From the IMG/VR virus record IMGVR_UViG_3300044623_001092: a DNA stretch of 64,000 nucleotides, one strand, 5' to 3'. Shown one piece after another: positions 18,674 through 27,025 of the stretch. Origin of the DNA: a virus. How positions within the stretch are numbered: position 1 is the first letter of the stretch; the number at the start of each line of letters is the position of its first letter. The translations under genes were made by a program, and so were the position numbers. The notes under the pieces were generated by a model. The model worked only from the letters and a program-made list of their open reading frames with translations. It was not told where the DNA came from and searched no databases.

Positions 18674-19058
18674 CTATTAATTCAATTTTGTTATTGTTCA
18701 ATTGAAACTGTAAATTTTTAAGGTTTTTTAAATTCTGTTTTTCGAAAATCCCTTTAAGTTCGTTAACTTTATTTTCGAATAACTGTTCTTTCTCTTCACG
18801 TTCTAAATTATATCTAACGATACTTTTAATGTTAGATGTGATTCTATCAACATCTTCTTCATTAATTTCAGACACAAATGAAAAAAATCTGTGTGTCGAT
18901 GTTTTACTATCTTGTTCAACAACTCGATTTTCATCAACATATTTTTTAGGTAATTTCCACGTTATTGGAAATGATACGTCAAAACTAAAATATTCTTTTA
19001 ATTTTCTTACCGATTGTAAGTACGGTAATAGACTTGAAAATTCTTTATATAAACTCAT
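18621..19058 (-). CDS. Hypothetical protein
   Basis: 145-aa ORF in operon. Confidence 0.7.
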   Translation of the reverse strand: MSLYKEFSSLLPYLQSVRKLKEYFSFDVSFPITWKLPKKYVDENRVVEQDSKTSTHRFFSFVSEINEEDVDRITSNIKSIVRYNLEREEKEQLFENKVNELKGIFEKQNLKNLKNLQFQLNNNKIELIDDEEEVRPAEVVGSTTE

Positions 19059-19059
19059 G

Positions 19060-19248
19060 TTACATTTTAATTAAATAGGTGATTATGTATGATATTGATA
19101 ATCCAAGGAAAATCAATACCCTATTACTTAGCACAAACCTTTCGGGCTGACTTTGTAATAGGGTACCTATAAACCTAAAGACTGTTCTTAAAACAGTCAA
19201 GACTGAAAATATAAATACAAATAAAGTTATACTCTCAAAATTATACAT
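19060..19248 (-). CDS. Small two-TM membrane protein
   Basis: Two hydrophobic segments in 62 aa. Confidence 0.65.
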   Translation of the reverse strand: MYNFESITLFVFIFSVLTVLRTVFRFIGTLLQSQPERFVLSNRVLIFLGLSISYIITYLIKM

Positions 19249-19427
19249 TACTCAGCCCCTTTTCTTTCTGATAATACTTCTTTTCTCAAATTTTGTAACA
19301 AGTCTTTCAACTCTTGAGATAATTTACGTGTTCTTGTACCAGCACTTTTGTTACCACCTTGAAAGAACTTAGTAGCGTTAACTGACAATTCTTCTGTCAA
19401 TTTTTTGATTTGTTCTAATGTTTCCAT
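19248..19427 (-). CDS. Histone H1-like nucleoid protein (Hc1 family, Bacteroidota type)
   Basis: Manual 59 aa: METLEQIKKLTEELSVNATKFFQGGNKSAGTRTRKLSQELKDLLQNLRKEVLSERKGAE; GNKxAGTRxRK signature; below the ORF-track cutoff. Confidence 0.85.
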   Translation of the reverse strand: METLEQIKKLTEELSVNATKFFQGGNKSAGTRTRKLSQELKDLLQNLRKEVLSERKGAE

Positions 19428-19493
19428 TTAATATAATTTTTAATTTTATTGTTTAGGTAAAATGTAATTTTATTTGACTCATAGTAAATAGAA

Positions 19494-19964
19494 TCAAACT
19501 TTTTTAATACTCTTGTCTAAAAATTTATAGATTGTTGATACCATATCTAAGTCAGATTTGGTGAACCCTTTATCAATATCAAACAACTCGTTAAAAAATT
19601 CTCCAACCGAATTTCTTAATAGTTCATCTTTTTGGTCATAAAAGATATCGAAAAAAAATGATTTGTAATATTCATAATGTTCCCCTTTATTTGAGAACTT
19701 AATACCTTCTTTTTCAAAGTTATTTAATAACTTAATCCAACACCAATCAAAGTGTTTTATTTTATCTTCTTCAGTTAAAATAATTTTGGTATCATTTGGT
19801 GTGTCGCTTTCACCTAGATAAGTTTTGATAATTAAATCATACAACGACAATGAAAAATCCGAAAATAATTCTAGTTTTTCATAAATAATATTGTTAGCCT
19901 CGAACCATACTAATACATCTTCAGGTAATATGGGCTTTGTTAAATAGTTAAATAAATTCTCCAT
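19494..19964 (-). CDS. Hypothetical protein
   Basis: 156-aa ORF. Confidence 0.7.
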   Translation of the reverse strand: MENLFNYLTKPILPEDVLVWFEANNIIYEKLELFSDFSLSLYDLIIKTYLGESDTPNDTKIILTEEDKIKHFDWCWIKLLNNFEKEGIKFSNKGEHYEYYKSFFFDIFYDQKDELLRNSVGEFFNELFDIDKGFTKSDLDMVSTIYKFLDKSIKKV

Positions 19965-20011
19965 AGAGTTCGTCTATGGAGAAATAATAATTGAATATGT
20001 TGTAATGTAAA

Positions 20012-21685
20012 TTATTGAGTTTTTCTATCGTAACCCATTAAATGTTGAATCTTACTAAATTCTTCGTTTAATATTTTACCCTCTTTAGTATTAGACTCTA
20101 ATTTAATGTTAGTTCCACTACCCGCGTTTTCTCCTGTTCCATCAGTTACAGGTTGTTTAGATTTTCTATACGCTAATTCTTTAGCTTTATGATATTTTTT
20201 AGCGTTTAATTTTTTAACTAAATTATCACCTAAATCTGTTTCTTCAGCGTTTGCATATTTAGAGTCATTACCTGTTCTTGAAGACCCTTTGATGTTATCT
20301 TCAACCCATTTTTCATCGTACTCTATTTCATCAGGAACTAAGTCTTCCATACCAGGACTCATGAAGTCATCAATGAAATCTTTACCATTATCAGACATAG
20401 TATATTTCTTAGCCGTCATTTTAGCCAATTGACCGTTTCCTTTTGGGAAATGTTTTGGATTTTCTTCGTAGTCACCTTTAGAACCGTCTTTCAAATACTC
20501 TTTCATTTTTTTAGCAACAGACCTAAGATATTCTTCATTTTCTTTACCATCCTTTTTATGAATTTCTTCGTATTTAGATAATCCTTTAGGTTTACCAAAA
20601 CTTTTTAATTTTTGTTCTTCTTTAACGATATTCTCAATTAATTCTATCATTTCTGACTCAGTTAATTTAACAGATTCTTTAGATGACTTTTTATTTCGTA
20701 ACATTTTGAAATCTTCAGAATCAATTTTACCATTTTTGTTTTTATCAATTTTTGATTGACCACCTTTTAATGATTCTTTAGTTTCAGTTTTTTTACCTCT
20801 CAACATTTTGAAGTCTTCTGAATCAATCTTACCATTTTTGTTTTTATCAATATTTCTTTGTCTACCTGATAATCTTTCGTTCATAATACCTTTACAGAAT
20901 TTTTGAGTTCTTTCATGGTTAGGTCCGAAAAGTTTTCTATGTGCATCACATGCCTCTTTATCAGGTTCTTTAGCAAGGTAATCAGTTTCCTCATCACCTT
21001 CATCATCTAACAATCCTTCATCCATATATGATTTACCACATTCCATACACTCACCTTCATACATACCACCACCACATTCGCACATCTGAGAATCATCTTC
21101 TGACATCAAATCATCTAAATTAATATCGTCAACATCAAAATCATCATCATCATCATCATCATCATTACCACGGCCAAAACGCTTATCTAATAAATCACGA
21201 AAATCGCCAAATTTATTTTTAGCGTATTTTTCAGGTGTAATAGAATCGTCTCTCAAATTATTCATATTAATTTGAGTTCCTTTTGGTACTCGTTTGAATT
21301 CTTTACTTGTGAAGTCTTTACCCCCTCTTGCTCTTTGGATATATGGGTCGTCAAAACCTTCTTCTAATTCATTATCAAAATCATCGTCTTCATATTCTCG
21401 ACTATGTTTTCTATGTGGACGTTCGTCAACACCATCTTCAAAATCAGAATCATCTTCCATGTCATCAGAATTAATGTACTCATCCATCATCGCCTCAATT
21501 TCTTCAGGTGTCATTGTAGTAAAGTTTTTCTTACCAAATTTTGGATGACCATCATCCATACCACCAAGTTTTTCATTAACATTAGTTTTTAAACGTGTAA
21601 CTAAATCATCAGCTCTTTCTTCCAATGTTTCATTTAACATTTTTTTCACCATACTGTTAATGTATCTATCGTTAACTTTTTTCAT
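20012..21685 (-). CDS. Charged protein with two EF-hand-like repeats and a CxC..CxxC motif; possible prohead core/internal protein
   Basis: IDKNKNGKIDSEDFKMLR twice, CECGG...CMECG, KLTESEMIELIENIVKEE, poly-Asp tract. Confidence 0.7.
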   Translation of the reverse strand: MKKVNDRYINSMVKKMLNETLEERADDLVTRLKTNVNEKLGGMDDGHPKFGKKNFTTMTPEEIEAMMDEYINSDDMEDDSDFEDGVDERPHRKHSREYEDDDFDNELEEGFDDPYIQRARGGKDFTSKEFKRVPKGTQINMNNLRDDSITPEKYAKNKFGDFRDLLDKRFGRGNDDDDDDDDFDVDDINLDDLMSEDDSQMCECGGGMYEGECMECGKSYMDEGLLDDEGDEETDYLAKEPDKEACDAHRKLFGPNHERTQKFCKGIMNERLSGRQRNIDKNKNGKIDSEDFKMLRGKKTETKESLKGGQSKIDKNKNGKIDSEDFKMLRNKKSSKESVKLTESEMIELIENIVKEEQKLKSFGKPKGLSKYEEIHKKDGKENEEYLRSVAKKMKEYLKDGSKGDYEENPKHFPKGNGQLAKMTAKKYTMSDNGKDFIDDFMSPGMEDLVPDEIEYDEKWVEDNIKGSSRTGNDSKYANAEETDLGDNLVKKLNAKKYHKAKELAYRKSKQPVTDGTGENAGSGTNIKLESNTKEGKILNEEFSKIQHLMGYDRKTQ

Positions 21686-21722
21686 TTTTTTGTTTTTTAT
21701 ATAAATATTACCAAAATTGGGT

Positions 21723-22301
21723 TTATTTGTTTTTGTTTAAATGATTCGATAAAATTGTTCTAATGACATTCTCACTTAAATTATACTTTTCACTTAGTGT
21801 TTTTAATACTTTATCACCAACACTTTCATTACTTAGTGTTAATGCTCCTATGTCACCTTGGTTACAGTAAGGGAATTTCTTACATTTTTTCTTAACCTGA
21901 ACGAATTTACCACCTGGAATTTGAGTTTTAGATTTACCTCTCCAATCTTTTTTCTTAGTAGATTTTGCCCAAGCCGCAGGTGTCGAATATGACCCTGATG
22001 ATGCTGAACCTGTCGCTTCAGTTGCCTCAACTTTAGTTATCTCCTCAACATCTTTTTTAGTCGTACTAAATAATGGTTGTGAAAATCCCCCAGCACTACC
22101 TGAACCTGTTGATTCATCAGTCTCACCATTCTTTTTCTTTTTCTTAGATTTGGTTTCACCTAAACTTTTTTTAAGATTACCAACACTTAATGTAATTTCA
22201 GTACCAGCAGTTGGTGTTTGACCGTACATACCTTGACTACCAATCTCATCATAGACTTTATCAAGTATTCTATTTTTAATATCTTGTTCTGTTAGTCTCA
22301 T
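21723..22301 (-). CDS. Hypothetical protein (possible head-associated)
   Basis: ATG 22301 (MRLTEQD) overlaps the upstream TAA; two ExTGSxSxGxxSxP repeats; KKCKKFPYC. Confidence 0.65.
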   Translation of the reverse strand: MRLTEQDIKNRILDKVYDEIGSQGMYGQTPTAGTEITLSVGNLKKSLGETKSKKKKKNGETDESTGSGSAGGFSQPLFSTTKKDVEEITKVEATEATGSASSGSYSTPAAWAKSTKKKDWRGKSKTQIPGGKFVQVKKKCKKFPYCNQGDIGALTLSNESVGDKVLKTLSEKYNLSENVIRTILSNHLNKNK

Positions 22302-22546
22302 TACGCGTTTTTTAGTCTTGGTTCCCAATATCCTCTTTGGGTCCACATGAAATTATAGAATTCTCTAAACACACGGATTACAAGGTCTTTTACATCACCT
22401 TGCATCTTACCTTTAGTTATTTCTTTAGATAAAATCGTAATCAATTTTTCTTCATACTGTTTCATAGTATTACTTCCGATGAAATCTTTGATTTCTTTTC
22501 GAATCATAGTTTCAATCTCTTTCTTATCAGTTGCGGTAAGTGCCAT
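22301..22546 (-). CDS. Hypothetical protein
   Basis: 81-aa ORF in operon. Confidence 0.7.
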   Translation of the reverse strand: MALTATDKKEIETMIRKEIKDFIGSNTMKQYEEKLITILSKEITKGKMQGDVKDLVIRVFREFYNFMWTQRGYWEPRLKNA

Positions 22547-22547
22547 A

Positions 22548-23177
22548 TTATTTTTTAAATTTAACTATTCTATAAATACTTCCTTGAATCAAAACTTCTT
22601 TCCCTGTTCCAACGGCAATACCTAAATTGATAGCGTTTTCCTTTTTATTTTTTAACATAATACTTGGACCAAGATAGATACTACTCAATTGTGAATTGTA
22701 TCCCCCAAATCCACCCACAAAAAATTGGTTCTTAGGTAATTCTTTAACTATGGTTACTTCTTTAACAATGAATTTATTTACGTGAGATTCCCATTTTCTA
22801 CCTAATATAGAATTGTTAAATATGGTATCAACTACTGAGACATACCCTAAACTATCATTTAATTTTAAAGTGTCTTTATAGATTAATTGACTATAGTAAT
22901 TTTTAATGATATCATTAGTATCAACATTAGATGGTACTGTCTTATACACTATAGAGTCTCGATAGATATCTTTACCGTCACGATAAACAAGTTGGTTAAC
23001 AGGTACTATAATAGTATCTACCTCATGTTTAATAATGGTATATGTTTTACCAGCAATCTTAACTGTTTTACCATCAGGCCCAACTTCCGTTGAACACATA
23101 TTCAATAAAAAAATAACGATAACCAACCCAAAGATGATTACCGTTTTTAAATCAATTTTTTCAAATATTTTACCCAT
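22548..23177 (-). CDS. Membrane-anchored protein, possible spanin-type lysis factor
   Basis: N-terminal TM ending LLNMC, DT-rich extended region, C-terminal Gly/aromatic beta-strands; near the amidase. Confidence 0.5.
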   Translation of the reverse strand: MGKIFEKIDLKTVIIFGLVIVIFLLNMCSTEVGPDGKTVKIAGKTYTIIKHEVDTIIVPVNQLVYRDGKDIYRDSIVYKTVPSNVDTNDIIKNYYSQLIYKDTLKLNDSLGYVSVVDTIFNNSILGRKWESHVNKFIVKEVTIVKELPKNQFFVGGFGGYNSQLSSIYLGPSIMLKNKKENAINLGIAVGTGKEVLIQGSIYRIVKFKK

Positions 23178-23757
23178 TTGATAATGTTTTTTTTCTTGAT
23201 GCTAATACTTTAGCCCATTTAGATTTAAATTTTTCATAGTAAGATTTTAATTTACCCACCATTTCTAAAAATTTATCATCAGTTTTAATCATATCACCTT
23301 CGATATAAACTCCATTCTCTTCACCGATTGTGTAATAGAATTGGATGTCAAAGTCAATTATTTTACCTGACCATTCAACGTTTCTCGGATAAACATTTAA
23401 ACGATTAAAGTCGACTAAGTCAGACACTTCAGAAACAAACTCATCCATTGTTTCTTGAAATGCTATTTTCTCATCAGTTGTTAATTCTAAATCAGTTTTT
23501 TCACTTCCGTGTAATACTAAGATACCACCAGAGATTCTATAACCTTGGTTTCTTTCTTCCTTAGCCTCTTCGTTTTCATCATCCTCAATAGTGTCACTAA
23601 CCGATTTTGCAACATCATATTTTTTGGTTACATCTTGTTCGGTTACCATTCCGTAAGAATTTTTAATTCTGTTGGTATCTTCTTTAACCAAAGAATTAGA
23701 CAACAAATTTCTAGACGCTTTTAATAAGTCTTTTATTTCATCATGTTTGTTTTTCAT
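23170..23757 (-). CDS. Hypothetical protein
   Basis: 195-aa ORF with overlapping starts/stops. Confidence 0.7.
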   Translation of the reverse strand: MKNKHDEIKDLLKASRNLLSNSLVKEDTNRIKNSYGMVTEQDVTKKYDVAKSVSDTIEDDENEEAKEERNQGYRISGGILVLHGSEKTDLELTTDEKIAFQETMDEFVSEVSDLVDFNRLNVYPRNVEWSGKIIDFDIQFYYTIGEENGVYIEGDMIKTDDKFLEMVGKLKSYYEKFKSKWAKVLASRKKTLSNG

Positions 23758-24343
23758 GTTCTATTTTTTTTAAAAAATCTTCGAAGTTGAAAGCGGGACT
23801 CAAATCAGTTTTTTCAGAATAGAAATTACTTCTTGTCACAACACCTTCAAACTTGTGCGCTCCATTTATTTTTGTATTATGCCCAATTACACTTGAGGTT
23901 ATTGACGTTTTTTTGAATAACTCTTTACACAATTCAACTGTTGATTCAACTTGTTTTTCTGTATAAGGTTGCCAAAAATAAAAGTCCCTCCATTTTTTTT
24001 CAAACACTTTACCCTTATAAATATCACCAATCCAGTTAACGTAATAATCTGTTAGCGGTTCTTTTTGTAACCACCCTAAATTTTCTAAACAAATAATGAT
24101 TGAATTCCTATTAATGTTAGGTAATTTGAAGTAATCAGTGTGTTCCTGATTATCTAATAGTTGAAGTATCTTACCCTCTCTGGTGATAATATAATTGGGG
24201 ATTCTGTTAAAACCCCCATTATATCTGTACTTTAAACTTTGTAAAAACTCACTCATATTTCTTGATGAATGTGTTAATATAATTTGATGTTTCTTTTTTT
24301 GTTTGCCCGTAGGTTTGAATTCTCCGTACTTAATTATTTCCAT
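23741..24343 (-). CDS. N-acetylmuramoyl-L-alanine amidase (Amidase_2-like), putative endolysin
   Basis: IILTHS, NYIITREGKILQL, NRNSIIICLEN, YTEKQVES, IGHN, KTDLSPAF. Confidence 0.75.
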   Translation of the reverse strand: MEIIKYGEFKPTGKQKKKHQIILTHSSRNMSEFLQSLKYRYNGGFNRIPNYIITREGKILQLLDNQEHTDYFKLPNINRNSIIICLENLGWLQKEPLTDYYVNWIGDIYKGKVFEKKWRDFYFWQPYTEKQVESTVELCKELFKKTSITSSVIGHNTKINGAHKFEGVVTRSNFYSEKTDLSPAFNFEDFLKKIEHEKQT

Positions 24344-24367
24344 AATGACTAATCAATTGGTTTATCA

Positions 24368-25249
24368 TCATGTTTTTTTTACATAACTCAATCTTTTAAC
24401 ACCATCATCGGTAGTTGTTGTAGTTGTTGGATAATCATCAAATTCCAACATCATATCCATTGGAAATTTGGTATTCTCAGTAGTAACGACCTCATCAATA
24501 ATCTGTCTAATATCATCACTAATAGTTTCAGTAGTTTCAATAACAGGACCATGACTCTCTTGTAAAGTAAGATATTGTGATTCATCTACAAAAGTTTCAA
24601 CAACAGGTATATTTTTTAATTTTTCTTTAGATTCAAATATTTCTTTAGTGATTTCATAAGTAGGGTTACTTACCGATTCAGGTGCTAATACACCCTCATT
24701 ATCTAAGTTTACACCCTCATTTACTCCCTCATTTACTCCCTCATTTACACCCTCACTATCATTTACAGTATCATTTACAGTATCATTTACAGTCTCATAC
24801 TTCACAAAGAAGTGTAATGACGTTAATGAGATAATTGGTAATAAACCACCTTCTAAAAATGATAACCATCGTTTCATAGCAACAACATCAGTTGGGTCTG
24901 AACCCATCATTTCCCACAATGGTCCTGTTAATTCAACCCATGATTTAAAAAGGTCACCATTACTATCAATCTCTTTAAACGAGAAAAATATGTTACCAAT
25001 CATTTGGATTAACGTTACCATACCGAACATAAACCAAACACCACCCCTAATTTTATTGGTAGCAGCAACAAGAGCGGTCATTGCACCAACCTCAATTGCT
25101 ATTGACAAATATATGGCCCAATTAATCGGGTTAGCAATATCATACCAACTCACAACGTGGGCTATTGAGATAACGGCAACTAATAAAATAGGGACTAAGA
25201 ACATTGACCTAATAGGATTGTTCTTTATCCATTCAAATACTTTTTTCAT
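24368..25249 (-). CDS. Multi-pass membrane protein (about 4 TM) with acidic low-complexity tail; possible holin-like
   Basis: Four hydrophobic segments in the N-terminal half; adjacent to the amidase. Confidence 0.6.
   Translation of the reverse strand: MKKVFEWIKNNPIRSMFLVPILLVAVISIAHVVSWYDIANPINWAIYLSIAIEVGAMTALVAATNKIRGGVWFMFGMVTLIQMIGNIFFSFKEIDSNGDLFKSWVELTGPLWEMMGSDPTDVVAMKRWLSFLEGGLLPIISLTSLHFFVKYETVNDTVNDTVNDSEGVNEGVNEGVNEGVNLDNEGVLAPESVSNPTYEITKEIFESKEKLKNIPVVETFVDESQYLTLQESHGPVIETTETISDDIRQIIDEVVTTENTKFPMDMMLEFDDYPTTTTTTDDGVKRLSYVKKT
24708..24793. repeat. 12-bp coding tandem repeats (TVND x3, EGVN x4)
   Basis: atcatttacagt and ccctcatttac(a/t) units visible in the sequence. Confidence 0.85.
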
Positions 25250-25575
25250 TTTTCTAATTCTTTAAGATTTTTCTTAACTAACTTATGTAGTTCCATTAAT
25301 TGGTCCCCTCTATTTTGAGCTGAGATATAATTATCATAGTCACTATGAACTTTAACCTTAGTTAGTCTAATAACTTCAGATATATTATTTATAGTATCTT
25401 TTTGACCTACAACAATTTGACTTAAACTATCAACTACTTCAGTTTGTTTTATATTTACACTTTTTAATTTTCTAACTTCTCCCGATTTTGCACAAGACCT
25501 GATAAAGAAAATGAATAAAAATGAGGCCAATATATAGACCTTATACTTTTTAACTAATTCAATAAATTTTTTCAT
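25246..25575 (-). CDS. N-terminally anchored coiled-coil protein (i-spanin-like or lipoprotein)
   Basis: TM segment ending FIRSC followed by a coiled region; lysis-module context. Confidence 0.5.
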   Translation of the reverse strand: MKKFIELVKKYKVYILASFLFIFFIRSCAKSGEVRKLKSVNIKQTEVVDSLSQIVVGQKDTINNISEVIRLTKVKVHSDYDNYISAQNRGDQLMELHKLVKKNLKELEK

Positions 25576-25597
25576 ATGTTTAATTTTAAATAAGAAT

Positions 25598-25630
25598 AAA
25601 AAAACCTTCTATCATTATAAATAGAAGGTT
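25598..25630 (-). terminator. Terminator-like hairpin after the sigma gene, overlapping a TATTTATA motif
   Basis: aaccttctat-cattataa-atagaaggtt perfect 10-bp inverted repeat with an A-run on the left. Confidence 0.6.
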
Positions 25631-25639
25631 CTTATTTTT

Positions 25640-26440
25640 TTATAGGTAGTCGAATAAAACCGAACTCTCATTTCGTAATTTTCTAAGAGCTTTTTCTTTA
25701 ATTTGTCTAACCCTTTCTTTCGTTAAATCGAAATCGGAACCAATGTCTTCCAATGTTCTTGGTGTTCCTGTTAGCCCAAAATAATCTGCGATGATTACTT
25801 TTTCACGTTCATCAAGAATGTTAATTATTTCAAACAATTTTTGTTTTAACATGTCCTTACTATTGAATACCTCATCAGGCATGTCAGCCTCATCATTCTT
25901 TATGATATCAACTAAGGTATCACCCTCATCATTGATATTCATATCCAAATCAATCATACTTGGTAAGTTTTGGAATTTATCCGCCAATTTACCACCTGTG
26001 TTTTCAATTTCTTTTTTGGCTTTGTGTAAGTCTTGAACAACATTTACAGGTAGTCGGATAGTTCTTGCGTTGTCATTTAAAGATTGTAAGATAGATTGTT
26101 TAACCCACCACACCGCGTATGAGATAAATCTAAGGTCTTTACCCCAATCAAAATTTTTGATTGCTTTCATCAACCCTAAGTTACCTTCATTAATCAAGTC
26201 AGGTAATGCCAACCCTTGGTTCTGATACTGTTTAGCCACTGTAATTACAAAACGTAAATTACCTTTCACTAACTCTTCATATACTCGAGCTTGTTGTGAA
26301 TCAGATAACTCACCTGTTTTCATAAGTTTAGATAACTCCTTTTCTCTCTCAGGTGTCATTACTTTAATCTTACGAATATCTTTAAGATAGTATTGGATTT
26401 CGTCTTGATTAATCGGAATTGATGTGCTTTTCTCTTTCAT
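25640..26440 (-). CDS. RpoD/SigA-like sigma-70 factor lacking region 1.1 (Bacteroidota type)
   Basis: YLKDI, LVKGNLRFVITVAKQY, DLINEGNLGL, RFISYAVWW, RTIRLP, TLEDIG...LTKERVRQIKEKALRKLR. Confidence 0.93.
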   Translation of the reverse strand: MKEKSTSIPINQDEIQYYLKDIRKIKVMTPEREKELSKLMKTGELSDSQQARVYEELVKGNLRFVITVAKQYQNQGLALPDLINEGNLGLMKAIKNFDWGKDLRFISYAVWWVKQSILQSLNDNARTIRLPVNVVQDLHKAKKEIENTGGKLADKFQNLPSMIDLDMNINDEGDTLVDIIKNDEADMPDEVFNSKDMLKQKLFEIINILDEREKVIIADYFGLTGTPRTLEDIGSDFDLTKERVRQIKEKALRKLRNESSVLFDYL

Positions 26441-26444
26441 ACGT

Positions 26445-26981
26445 TTATAGTTGTTTTGAATAATTATCTAATATAGTCTTTTCTTCGATAGTAATTGATT
26501 TCATACCAGTAATTGATATTTTTTCAAGAATATCATTTACAGATGGAACATACGGTTTTGATTTTATTTTCATAATTTCATTATCGTAATCATCTTCACA
26601 CATTTGAGCAAACTCATCAAAGTCATCCTTAAACGCCCTGAATGCTTGTGTAATATTAGTCGATTCATTTGTTAATGGTTTTTCACCAAATAAATGTTTA
26701 TCAACTGTATCACCGAACCCTGATACCATATTATTCTTATCTAATGGTAAGAACATATATGTTAACTCATCAACCTCAAACGTAATTGTAATTATCTCAG
26801 ATAAGTCATTAAACGTCTCATTAGACGTAAAAACAAATACTGATGATTGTGGTCCATAGTAATACCTAACATCAGATGATGAAGTTACTATGGACAACTC
26901 ATTAGCCATCATTTTTACAAATTCATCTTGGTCATCATTCATTGCGAAGAGAAATAAGATGTATGTGTTTTTATTTTTCAT
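26445..26981 (-). CDS. Hypothetical protein with C-terminal DUF6576-like helical domain
   Basis: VNDILEKISITGMKSITIEEKTIL resembles the recalled VDxILDKISxxGYxSLTxEEK tail of Bacteroidota rhomboids. Confidence 0.6.
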   Translation of the reverse strand: MKNKNTYILFLFAMNDDQDEFVKMMANELSIVTSSSDVRYYYGPQSSVFVFTSNETFNDLSEIITITFEVDELTYMFLPLDKNNMVSGFGDTVDKHLFGEKPLTNESTNITQAFRAFKDDFDEFAQMCEDDYDNEIMKIKSKPYVPSVNDILEKISITGMKSITIEEKTILDNYSKQL

Positions 26982-26995
26982 ATCTATTATTTTTA

Positions 26996-27025
26996 CAAAT
27001 ATACGAACTTTTTTGATTCCAACAA
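26996..27025 (-). promoter_or_regulatory. Bacteroidota-type promoter upstream of the DUF6576-like/sigma genes
   Basis: Minus strand TTG-N19-TATATTTG. Confidence 0.7.

Noticed and set aside
21141-21164. (TCA)n microsatellite as a phase-variation switch
   Set aside because: In-frame triplet encoding poly-Asp; slippage would not shift the frame
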